Below, in pieces: positions 53,164 through 64,000 of a stretch of 64,000 nucleotides of DNA. Source of the DNA: Octopus bimaculoides (Eukaryota); the NCBI RefSeq assembly GCF_001194135.2, contig NC_068998.1, forward strand, positions 11,932,860 through 11,996,859, given 5' to 3'. The position numbers were made by a program, and so were the translations under genes. Under the pieces are notes generated by a model that was not told the origin of the DNA, did not search any database, and was given only the letters and a program-made list of their open reading frames with translations. How positions within the stretch are numbered: the stretch's first letter is position 1; each line of letters opens with the position of its first letter.

Positions 53164-53507
53164 CAGTGGTCCTCAACTGGGGTTCATATGGCCCCATAGG
53201 ACCAATGTAATATTTTTCGGGATCCGTAGAACCAAAATAGTAAGTTGGGGATTTACAGTAGTATTTTAGCGGTCCATGAATAAATTTTGTTTTAGATGTA
53301 TTTATCACAAGAAACAGCTCGGTTTTTTTTTTCTCTAACATTAAATATAGTTCAACCTACACAAATGAATGTGTGAAAAGACAAAATAGGAATTTAGAAA
53401 GAAGTATCCATAAAACTAGTTTTTAAACATCGAATGGCTATGGGGTTCCACTAGAACAGAATAGTAATCAAAGGGGTCCATAGGCAAAAAATGGTTGAGA
53501 ACTACTG
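53164..53507. mobile_element. Non-autonomous hAT MITE
   Basis: TIRs cagtggtcctcaac / gttgagaactactg; 8-bp TSD atgtaaac / atctaaac (7 of 8 match). Confidence 0.85.
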
Positions 53508-53884
53508 ATCTAAACAAACAAATTCTCCTAGAAAGATAAACGAATAGAATGCTAACAAGCTTCCATCCCCTGCCAGCTACTTGCAATGAGTGGATAACGT
53601 TAAAATCATAGCGGTGTTGTATCACACTGGTCGTCAAAAACAGTTGCATAAAACATAAGAGCGAGAAATACGAGCTTTACATCCTGTATGACAATTCTCT
53701 TGACCAAAATATGAGCAACAATACAGTTGACGCGAAAGAAGATAAAACAGCACTCGTAAGACGTAGTTTATTTATGATAAATTTACGGTTTCAAACTTTA
53801 TTCCATATTCCTGGTCACGGCAGCGCAGGATAATTTTTAGGCGCAAGCGTGGCTGTGTGGTAAGAAGCTTGCTTCCCGACCACA

Positions 53885-53915
<31 letters not shown>

Positions 53916-54029
53916 GTGTTCCCCCACCACCACTACCATCACTTGACAACCGATGTTGGTGCGTTCACGTTCCCGAAACTTAGCGATTCGGTAAAGGAGA
54001 CCGACAGAATAAGTACTAGGCTTTCCAGG

Positions 54030-54200
54030 ATCCATGTGCGTGGAATACTGTCGAAAGCCTTTGGCTAATCGATTCAAGCCATGTTTAGACTCTTCTTATT
54101 CTTTCGGCTGTCTTCAGCTATGGCTTTATTGATCAATAACTGATCCGTACAGCCATATGAGCCCTTGCAGCATCGATAAAATCCGAACGGTCTTTTTGAC
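54030..54200 (-). mobile_element. R4/Dong-type reverse transcriptase fragment
   Basis: CCKGSYGCTDQLLINKAIAEDSRKNKKSLNMA*ID*PKAFDSIPRTWI resembles GC+DQLLI.K.I..D.....NL.MAWIDY.KAFDS+PH.WI. Confidence 0.8.
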
Positions 54201-54480
54201 CAGCCCAATACAATCGTCACAGTTAGTCGTAAAAAAAAACGAAAAAAAAAACCCAAACATATCGCCATACAGAAAGCAAATATATTAAATATAACAAACT
54301 TTCCCAAGTTTACAGTAAACGCAAAAGCAGAGTAAAGAAAGGAAATCGATGTACAAACACTGTTAAAGCACTCGTAAAGCATTTACTTGGTCAAGCACTC
54401 TGAAAGAATGTATGTGGTCAAGCACTGCTAGAGCGTTCATTTTGGTCAACAGAAAGCAACATTAGTGTACAAATAGTATA

Positions 54481-55130
54481 TTAACTCTGTCATGGATTAC
54501 GCCGGGTTTGGTCAAGTCCCATGTCCCTACAGTAATGTACAAAAAGCACAAAACAATAATTTTTGTGTAAAAGGCTGATCACAGAGCACCTATGAAAGCA
54601 TCGATTATACTTAAAATGAAAGACCTCTTGAATATAGAAGCTGTATAGTCTTGTTCCTATTCTCACATGACACGCATACTGTCCCTGAAGCACCCAAAGG
54701 CATGTGCAACAGTCGAGTACATTACTACAACGCCAACACAATCCGGATTTTATTATGGAATCCAGCACTACTGAATAGCCACACCGTTCTTTTGCCATCT
54801 GTAACCAGTGCGGTAGTTTTAACAGTCGTCGGAATTTCAAGTATCTCTCTCTCAATGTATCCGGATTTATAACAAAGATGACAAATTATCTGTTTCCGAA
54901 TAGCACGAATGGCCTGAAATAATGTAATCCTATTTGGTTCACAAAGATACGGGGATTTTGAAGTGCTAAGTAGACGAGAAGTAGTCTTTTCCACTTGATA
55001 GAATCCGTCTCTGCTGTGCACAGCTTCTGCTCCAACATAATATCTAACCTGATATTGCAAGCCAACGAAATACGAATCGGTTTTAGAGTGCCAACAACGC
55101 TTTCAACGGAAAACTATAACAAGAACTGTT
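54481..55130 (-). mobile_element. Possible piggyBac transposase C-terminal remnant and terminus
   Basis: Weak similarity to the KKW..PL / LEFRR / Cys-rich tail of PGBD-type transposases (KWKRLLLVYLALQN, YLKFRRLL, CWRCS..CCTC). Ends at ttaactctgt (TTAA plus TIR-like). Confidence 0.35.
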
Positions 55131-56054
55131 ATGCAATTAATTACTCAACTTCCAGCCATAAGTAGTGCCCAAATCTCCCTCAAATCATATGCTACCATCA
55201 TAAAATAGGAAGGGCATTTGATTTGATACTGTAGTCCTAAATATTCAATATTCGAAAGAAAAAATAATGAGATGGTTACAGCAGAAACATCTTTTACCAT
55301 AAGTTCTCTCGATTAGAATTGACTTGAATTAACAGAATTAACCCGGATTGAAAAGTTGCAAGCAAAATGTTTTAGAACAAGGAAACACCATTGACAAGAT
55401 TCGAATGATTCCCTCTTCCACTGATTGTCCGTCAGTCTTTGCAGTGGCTGTTGTTGAGGGCATTTTAAAAATATTTTTCTTGAGCCCTTGAACTCATAAG
55501 ACCGGTTATCTGCTTTCCATGGCATATTAGTGATCAAGATCACAGCATTCTCCTACATGGGATGTCTATCTGTTGAAATGAAAGTTCCAACAGAAGAAGA
55601 GATGCTCTATCAACAAGCGCGATTTGAACGACCTACGTCAATTAATGAAAACATTCTGCCCATTTTTGCATTAATTTCGGTATAACACTTCAACTTGTCC
55701 AACGTCACGCAGAAGTAAGAAGAATTATATGAATGCATAATCGTTTGTGTTTTCATTAATAAAGAGAGAGGGTTGTAAACAATTTTTCCAATTTATTACA
55801 CGCGAAAGCCACGTAGTTGTCAGCTGGAAGCCGACTGCAATTATGCATTAGGAAAGCTTTAAACAAACTGAGCCAACTTCACTTGCCGAACCAATGCAGT
55901 GACGTCTACGCTGCTAATGCAAAACCTTTTCTGTGTCATGACACAGTTATTTATTTATTTATTTATTTTCTGTTTTTTTTTTATCGATGAAAAATCAAAA
56001 ATCAATGTTAGTGAAAAAAAAAAAAAAAAAGAAATTATCTAACAACAATTATTT

Positions 56055-56535
56055 CTGCTATAGGTACAAGGTCTGGGAGAAAGTCGATAACATCGATCCT
56101 AGTACCTATTTTATCAACCCCGAAAGGATGAAAGGCCAAGACAACTTCGGCAGAATTTGAACTCAGAACGTACATTTGAAAGAATTTTGCCCAGCATGCT
56201 AATAGTTCTGCCAGCTCGCTTCATTTATAATAGTTTCGAATTTTAGCACAAGGATAGCAATTCCAAGGAGAGGAGTAAGTCGATTACATCGACCCCAGTA
56301 ATTAACTGCTACTTATTTTATCGTCCCCGAAAGTATCAAAGGAAAAGTTTGACTTCGGTGGAATTTGAACTCAGAACATAAGGAGCCAGAAATGCCGCTG
56401 ATAAAGCCTGAAATTTCTGAGGTGGGGGTTAGTCTATTCCGTCAATCCCAGCACTCGATTGGTATTTCATTTTATCGACACCCAAAAAGAATGACAGGCA
56501 AAGTTGATATCGACAGACTTTGAAATCAGAACACG
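56055..56535 (-). mobile_element. Cluster of three CORE-type SINE fragments
   Basis: Three successive gaaagg/aaaag..aaagg/ggc.aa...gaatttgaactcagaac blocks at about 56120, 56330 and 56485. Confidence 0.7.
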
Positions 56536-57215
56536 AAGAGTTGAAGAAAGGTTTATCCCCCACCCCACCTCCACCTCCACCACATTCTAAAGATTCCGCT
56601 ACCATGATTATGGGTACTAACCATATTTGATGAGTTAACATCAAATTAAATAAAGAAAAGAGAAAATTAGCGTGGTATGGTGAAAAACTCGTGATCAATA
56701 TGCATACAAATTATGCAATTTTTTTTTCCTAAATACGCAAATGTCACGGTGGCCCATTATCAATTTTGTGCGGTTTATTTTGTGAATAACTGCTCTATGT
56801 GGTCACTCGATCTGCTAGAAATAGCAACCAAATTCTCTCAAGTCGCCCACCGATGATAGTAGATCATCATCGTCGTCGTCGTCGTCGTCGTCGTCATCGT
56901 CATTACCATAACTACCACCACCACTGTCATCATCATTGTCATCACCACCACGACTACAACCATCACCACTATCATCATTGTCGTTGTCGTCGCCGTGGGA
57001 TGGAAGAGTCGCACACACACACACACACATACACACACACACACAGGCATGCAGACGCACGCACGCGCGCACACACGCACACGCACACGCATGCACGCAC
57101 ACTCGCACACTCACGCACGCACACACACACACACACACACTCACATGGATATATATCAGGTGGTGCCGTTAAGTTATTCATCGTACGGGCCAAAACATAT
57201 CTACGCTGATTTCAG

Positions 57216-57247
<32 letters not shown>

Positions 57248-58021
57248 CTTTTACTTGTTTCAGTTATTTGACTGCGGCCATGCTGGAGCACTGCTTTGAA
57301 GGGTTCGAGAACAGACCCGAATGAAATCGGGTTAAAAAGCTAGTATAATATATTCATTGAAGAAATATCTCTTCAAAATACAATACATTAAACCAGTGTA
57401 TCTTGGATAAAGATATCTCTATAAGAGGTCTAAATATCCTCATTGTGACTATATATAGAGAGAGAAAGGGGAGGAGAGGGACAGAGAGAGAGAGGCGGTA
57501 ACGTCTTTTTTTGCCACTATAACATGGTGATTGGCTGAAATTACAGAAATACGACAACTTTAACAAGAAATAACTTATTAAGAACTAATTTTTGTTGAGA
57601 AGGCTAAGAGAAAAAGATGTTTTATATGACACATTCTACCAGTATCCCAAGTTTGAAAGTGTTTCGTTAAGAAAACAAGTGTTGCCCGTCAAACCAAAAA
57701 GATCCCATGGCTGTTCTATAAAGAACTATGTTACTACACTTTAACCCCAGGAAAACATTTTTTCCAGCTGGTTAACGAATCATTCCCCCTCCAGCTTGGC
57801 AAGACCAGTAGACCATGGTTTCTGGGTCTTTACTATAGATGGCAGTCGATCGCCCCTACTCACAGTGTATAAACAGAGAAGCGGTCGTTGGCAGAGGGGT
57901 ATTTGATCCATAAGTCTTCTCTATTAGGATTGACCAAGGTTTAAAAGGCAACAACAACGTCACTAACCGTTATCAACGTCATCGCATTGATATCAACAAC
58001 TGTCTCGCAAACAATGTCGAT

Positions 58022-58053
<32 letters not shown>

Positions 58054-58277
58054 GAAGAAGAAGAAGAAGAAGAAGAAGAAGAAGAAGAAGAAGAAGAAGA
58101 AGAAGAAGAAGAAGAAGAAATTGAAGAAGAAGTTGAAGAAGAAGAAGAAGAAGAAGAAGAAGAAGAAGAAGAAGAAGAAGAAGAAGAAGAAGAAGAAGAA
58201 GAAGAAGAAGAAGAAGAATGAGAAGAAGAATGAGAAGAAGAAGAAGAAGAAGAAGAAGAAGAAGAAGAAGAAGAAGA
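58022..58277. repeat. (CAG)10 followed by a long, slightly interrupted (GAA)n tract
   Basis: Read directly: about 225 bp of GAA with a few TTG/AAT interruptions. Confidence 0.95.
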
Positions 58278-59101
58278 GCAACTGCAACAACAAGGGAAGC
58301 GGCTGGGCACGCATGTTTAGGGTCCAAAGCGACAGTAGCAGAGAAAAATCGATGATCTTAGAATCCTTCCGTGAATTTCAAACGATCATAAAAATAATAA
58401 TAATGATAACTTGGGTGGGAAGTTTTGGTCGGCATGACAACCACATCCTTGTTCGGTGAGATCAAAAGAGTTTTTAATGTTTCGATTAGGGGATCAAAAA
58501 CAAACATCTTCGGCCCCAGATGTTCGTAAAACTTGTGTTCCCGCTGTTGATTAAAGCGCTCTAGTATTTATGATGGTAACTCAACACAGTAGTACTGTAA
58601 CCACATTCTGGAATGCGGGGTATTTAAAGAAGTATAATACAATTCATGTATATGCCGTGTATAAATACTGAGGGTAGGCAGTAGGTATTAATGAAGTAAA
58701 TTGCTCAGAAAGAAGTTTTATCACTTACCAGTTTGAGAAAATATGTAAAAATATATTATTTTCAAATTTTAGCAAAAGGCCAGCGATTACGGGTGGCGGG
58801 AGTCGATAGCATCGACCCTAGAGCTCATCTGGTACTTATTCTATCGACTCCGAAAAGATGAAAGGTGAAATCGACCTCGGCGGAATTTGAACTCAGAATG
58901 TAAAGATGGACGAAATACCATAAAGCATGTATTTGTATATAAGTATGTAGTCTATATCATGTGTGTGTGTGTGCGCGCGCTTGTGTATGTGTGTGTCTAT
59001 GTATATATACTTATGTATATCTATATAGCAGTATCTATCCATCTAGCTATGTATCTATCTATGTATCTGTTTATCTATCTATTTGTTTGTCCATCCATGT
59101 A

Positions 59102-59178
<77 letters not shown>

Positions 59179-60099
59179 TTCTNNNNNNNNNNNNNNNNNN
59201 NNNNNNNNNNNNNNNNNNNNNNNNNNNNNNNNNNNNNNNNNNNNNNNNNNNNNNNNNNNNNNNNNNNNNNNNNNNNNNNNNNNNNNNNNNNNNNNNNNNN
59301 NNNNNNNNNNNNNNNNNNNNNNNNNNNNNNNNNNNNNNNNNNNNNNNNNNNNNNNNNNNNNNNNNNNNNNNNNNNNNNNNNNNNNNNNNNNNNNNNNNNN
59401 NNNNNNNNNNNNNNNNNNNNNNNNNNNNNNNNNNNNNNNNNNNNNNNNNNNNNNNNNNNNNNNNNNNNNNNNNNNNNNNNNNNNNNNNNNNNNNNNNNNN
59501 NNNNNNNNNNNNNNNNNNNNNNNNNNNNNNNNNNNNNNNNNNNNNNTATATATATATATATAGTTATATCTTTCTTGCGAAAGATACAGACTGCATAGAA
59601 GTGCTCAAGTCGAGTCTGAGACGTTAGACAATTATAATAAATGTGTTCGTTGTGGATTACCTGATTAGAACTTTCTCCATTCCATTTATTATAATGTGTG
59701 TGTGTGTGTGTGTGTGTATACGTACACATGTAGATTTGTACGCATACATACAAAACAATATATTCATTATTTCCATTTCATACACCCCGCACGAAATTAA
59801 ATATATTTCTAGACATTAGCTCAACCGCCAGAAGCAGACAATGTACCATACACCCACATATTCCACATTCTGTAATGACCAACATGACATTGAATGAAAA
59901 GCGAGAATTATTGTCTTTATGACATGATATTTAATACATTTTGAATTTTCATCCCCAGTACTTCGTGACGCATAAGTTATATATATTGAAGTTTAAAGTT
60001 TTGTATTGCATCAAGATATTCGCCATTTACTGCTATTTGTCTTTGAATTTCATATATCAATTTCGTGCTTTTAATATGAATTGGGAATTATTTACTTTA

Positions 60100-60510
60100 T
60101 ATAATTACTTACTTAAGCCCTTCGCTCATTATGGTGCATAGGCCATCGGCGACTTTTCTCCACTTTCCTCGAATTCGGATTGTCTTTTCAGCTTTTCTCT
60201 TGTTTGATCCCAGCTTTATCAACTCTGTTTTAATATCACCAAGGGAAGGTCTTCCTCTCTCAGGTCTTGTTGGTTTTGAATTGCCATTGATGATACTTCC
60301 GTAACGCTTTCGTTATTATTATTCTAGGCAGGAGCGTTGACCATACGCAAACCTATTTTTTACCCCTAAGAAGAGGCGATTCATATTAGTTTGACATTAT
60401 CCTTTGACCTGTCCAACTTGGGAGACTCTACTAGGAAGTTATGCACCGCTGGCATAGTTCTCAAGAAGGGTCGTTGAAGCACACAAGCCGCCGCACCACA
60501 ACAAAGATTG
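60100..60510 (-). mobile_element. Short RTE-derived element (5' UTR-like part joined to the 3' end)
   Basis: The minus strand starts with an RTE 5'-UTR-like block (gagaactatgccagcggtgc...tctcccaagttggacaggtcaaagg) and ends with KWRKVADGLCTIMSEGLK plus a taagtaagtaa tail. Confidence 0.5.
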
Positions 60511-61304
60511 GACTTTGTGGTGGATTAACTTCATATATCTGTTGATAAATATTTATCGTTTTAGTTAGGGTAAACTGCGCCTGGCAGATGCTGATACAAT
60601 CATATAGCACTAGTGACGTAACATACCATTTTAAAAGTAACTCAACATACATTTTTTGGACATTCAGCATACAAATGTATGATTAACAAAACATTTCCAT
60701 AGCTTTCTGACATATTTTACCAATGTCACATTTTTAACGGGCAGCAATAGATTATAATAACAATCAAACATAAAATAGTGTGACAGCCCAATACGGTTAC
60801 AATTTCTCTACGGACACCATAACGTCACATCTATTTCGAACATTGAGATTATCCGGTCAGTGACTTAATAAGTTCGAAAAGTGGCCTCTGATTTCACCGA
60901 TATCATATGATTCAGGATCTGTTCTAGAATCCGTTTGGTAATCAAATATGTTCATATTTACTAACGCAATAAAGCTTTTATTGTTGTTTACGGACCTACG
61001 GTAACGGTAATATGATAATACGTATTAGTCATCGGGCAGACATCCGGAAAATAAACAGTTTGTATGAGAACAATTAGATCCGCGAATAAAACTTAAGGTA
61101 AAACTAACGTGAGTGACGTAGTGTACGAAGTCTTTAAATCAACCGCGATATAACCAAAAGCTATTTTTTTTACGGAATAATATATGTTGAACAATATTAT
61201 CCAATATGATATATGGGGTGGCCGTTGTGGAAGATTTTGCTACTGTTTCTGCATGACTTTAGTCGTTACTTAGAGACTCTTCATTGACTCGTTGAGTAAG
61301 ACAT

Positions 61305-61520
61305 AATTTCTGGAGAATTGTTCGTGCGTCGTACAAAATGCTTAGCGATACTTTTTCGATTTCTTTACGTTCTGAATTCAAATACCACCGGCACCAACTT
61401 TGCATTTTTATCTTTTCGGGGTCAATCAAACAAGAACCAGTTGAGCAGTAGGGTCGGTGTAACCGACTTAATCCACCATCCCACTAAAAATTGCAGGCTT
61501 GTGCCAAAATTTGAAATTAT
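61305..61520 (+). mobile_element. CORE-type SINE
   Basis: caaaatgcttagcgatac...ttacgttctgaattcaaat...ttttcggggtcaat. Confidence 0.65.
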
Positions 61521-61815
61521 AATTAATTTACTGGTTCGAGAGATATTTGATACGAAGCGTCATTCACACCTCAAAGAAACTTTCTCGATTATTTCAGGTC
61601 AAATAATTTGAGTATTGTTCAGTATTCATGCTTTTTACTTACTCAGTGACAACAGCCAATCAAATTTACTTTTAAGACGATGACAATCATTCTATAGTTT
61701 TCTCGCACCTTCTGCAAACCTTATCAATTTTCACAAACTTTATAACATGAACACGAACACTTACGCAAACATATTCAACTCAAGCTAAATCTCATTCAGA
61801 CCACGCTCTATTGTC

Positions 61816-61851
<36 letters not shown>

Positions 61852-62336
61852 GAGACAGTCAGGAAAATACGAGTCAGAAAAATTATGCCTGAAAAAGAAA
61901 GTGGGAAAGTTATAGTTGGAACAACTTTTGTTGTAGGTATGACCGATAAGGGCTGAGCTATAGCTGAAAACTAAATATATGTATAGACAAGATCTACTTT
62001 ACATTATACACTAGATATTGTATTTTGTAGGTAATGTTATATGTGAATGCATGCATGCATATATGTATGTATGCATGCATGTATGTATGTATGTATGTAT
62101 GAATGTGTGTGTACGTAGACATACATACATACATACATACATACATACATACATACATACATACATACATACATACTAATATACACCAACACGCGCAACA
62201 TGCAAGTTGTAATATAATATATATTATATCCTAGGTAAACGAGTCAGCTCTGCATGGTCACTCGGCTTATTGCAAATGGCGACCATCTCTCTCTCTCTTT
62301 CTTTTTTCTTTCTCTCTCTCTCTTTCTTTTTTTCTT

Positions 62337-62391
<55 letters not shown>

Positions 62392-63364
62392 NNNNNNNNN
62401 NNNNNNNNNNNNNNNNNNNNNNNNNNNNNNNNNNNNNNNNNNNNNNNNNNNNNNNNNNNNNNNNNNNNNNNNNNNNNNNNNNNNNNNNNNNNNNNNNNNN
62501 NNNNNNNNNNNNNNNNNNNNNNNNNNNNNNNNNNNNNNNNNNNNNNNNNNNNNNNNNNNNNNNNNNNNNNNNNNNNNNNNNNNNNNNNNNNNNNNNNNNN
62601 NNNNNNNNNNNNNNNNNNNNNNNNNNNNNNNNNNNNNNNNNNNNNNNNNNNNNNNNNNNNNNNNNNNNNNNNNNNNNNNNNNNNNNNNNNNNNNNNNNNN
62701 NNNNNNNNNNNNNNNNNNNNNNNNNNNNNNNNNNNNNNNNNNNNNNNNNNNNNNNNNNNNNNNNNNNNNNNNNNNNNNNNNNNNNNNNNNNNNNNNNNNN
62801 NNNNNNNNNNNNNNNNNNNNNNNNNNNNNNNNNNNNNNNNNNNNNNNNNNNNNNNNNNNNNNNNNNNNNNNNNNNNNNNNNNNNNNNNNNNNNNNNNNNN
62901 NNNNNNNNNNNNNNNNNNNNNNNNNNNNNNNNNNNNNNNNNNNNNNNNNNNNNNNNNNNNNNNNNNNNNNNNNNNNNNNNNNNNNNNNNNNNNNNNNNNN
63001 NNNNNNNNNNNNNNNNNNNNNNNNNNNNNNNNNNNNNNNNNNNNNNNNNNNNNNNNNNNNNNNNNNNNNNNNNNNNNNNNNNNNNNNNNNNNNNNNNNNN
63101 NNNNNNNNNNNNNNNNNNNNNNNNNNNNNNNNNNNNNNNNNNNNNNNNNNNNNNNNNNNNNNNNNNNNNNNNNNNNNNNNNNNNNNNNNNNNNNNNNNNN
63201 NNNNNNNNNNNNNNNNNNNNNNNNNNNNNNNNNNNNNNNNNNNNNNNNNNNNNNNNNNNNNNNNNNNNNNNNNNNNNNNNNNNNNNNNNNNNNNNNNNNN
63301 NNNNNNNNNNNNNNNNNNNNNNNNNNNNNNNNNNNNNNNNNNNNNNNNNNNNNNNNNNNNNNNN
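62392..63364. other. Assembly gap (largest of several N-runs)
   Basis: Other N-runs lie at about 15747-16204, 20089-20118, 27329-27338, 37513-37522, 40662-41047, 42033-42650, 43706-43724, 48923-49319 and 59183-59546. Most are bounded by microsatellites. Confidence 0.98.
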
Positions 63365-63579
63365 TAAATAATAAATGAGTGTATGCATATATACGTACAG
63401 GTATGTGCATACCTACGTCTACCTGTGTATATAGGTGCATATCTGGGTACAGGACATTGCAAACAAAACGTAGACAAGAAAATAATAATAACCAGAGTAC
63501 AGAAAACACACAAGCCACATAGAGAACATTTTCCTTCATCAGCTACCCCCGTTTTAACACCGGCGTTTCGAAGAGTAAC

Positions 63580-63735
63580 GACGGGCTTCTTTCAGATTCT
63601 GTCTACCAAATCCACTTTCCACTTACAAGGCATTGGTCGGCCCGAGGCTATAGTAGAAGATACTTGCGCAAGGTGCCACGCTGTGGGACTGAGCCCGGAA
63701 CCATGTGGTTGGGAAGCAAACTCCTTACATCACGT
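63580..63735 (-). mobile_element. tRNA-derived SINE (same family as 21686-21850)
   Basis: acgacgggcttctttcag...ggtcggcccgaggctatagtagaagatacttgc...ggaaccatgtggttgggaagc. Confidence 0.7.
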
Positions 63736-63946
63736 ACTGATTTATATTTTTCAAGAGTAAACTAACTTTAGTTGCTAACGTTTTACATTGTGCAAATGCT
63801 AGAGTATTGCACGTATCTGATATGGGACATCCACTACAAGCACACACCAACTGACTCCGTCGCGAACATATAACCACTGGCACTTACGAATCCATACAAA
63901 TACTTATGCACACACACTAACACATTCACGTACGCTTGCACACGTA

Positions 63947-64000
<54 letters not shown>

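Noticed and set aside
54380-54515. Repeated tggtcaa(gcact) motifs about 27 nt apart
   Set aside because: Only 3-4 short degenerate copies next to a probable transposon end; likely sub-terminal repeats.
56799-57324. His/Thr/Cys-Val-rich ORFs
   Set aside because: These are translations of (CAT/CGT/CAC)n and (CA)n/(CACG)n repeats.
57941-58459. Poly-Leu/Phe/Ser/Lys ORFs
   Set aside because: These are translations of the (GAA)n microsatellite.
63520-63585. Permuted hammerhead-like cores (cttcGAAAcgccggtgtt...CTGATGAagg on minus; a related copy at about 42705-42755 on plus)
   Set aside because: No stem I can be formed, and GAAGG pairs with CCTTC, which would sequester the core. It is probably a repeat-family motif; it could be revisited with a consensus.

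Overview
AT-rich, microsatellite-dense animal genomic DNA from a gapped draft assembly (about ten N-runs). The SINE, RTE and R4/Dong repeat repertoire and the (TA)n/(CA)n/(ATC)n load point to an octopod cephalopod (Octopus-like); this is inferred from recognition, not from a search. The only host gene I can support is the 5' part of a minus-strand class I bHLH E-protein gene (TCF12/TCF4/TCF3/daughterless family). A 79-nt exon at 12480-12558 encodes PGQFTLGDRMNIATDKELSDLLDFSA, the AD1 'DKELSDLLDFS' motif. Two phase-compatible candidate first coding exons lie at 26659-26675 and 30781-30839, and a weaker candidate next exon at 10682-10760. The rest of the gene lies left of the window. CpG content rises sharply at about 26 kb, where TATA and YY1 motifs cluster. 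Right of about 32 kb is mostly decayed transposons: a fragmented Helitron RepHel carrying nested hAT elements with intact 8-bp TSDs, R4/Dong LINE pieces, RTE pieces, a Penelope GIY-YIG 3' end, pogo/Tigger and piggyBac remnants, and many tRNA-derived SINEs. The most interesting unexplained signals are a candidate recursive splice site (32596/32597), a near-canonical type I hammerhead ribozyme fold (40394-40446) and a 200-bp near-perfect inverted repeat (39262-39461). I found no convincing wholly new biological system. Most long ORFs in the supplied track are N-gap or microsatellite artefacts. Family assignments come from remembered motifs, and boundaries of decayed elements are approximate.
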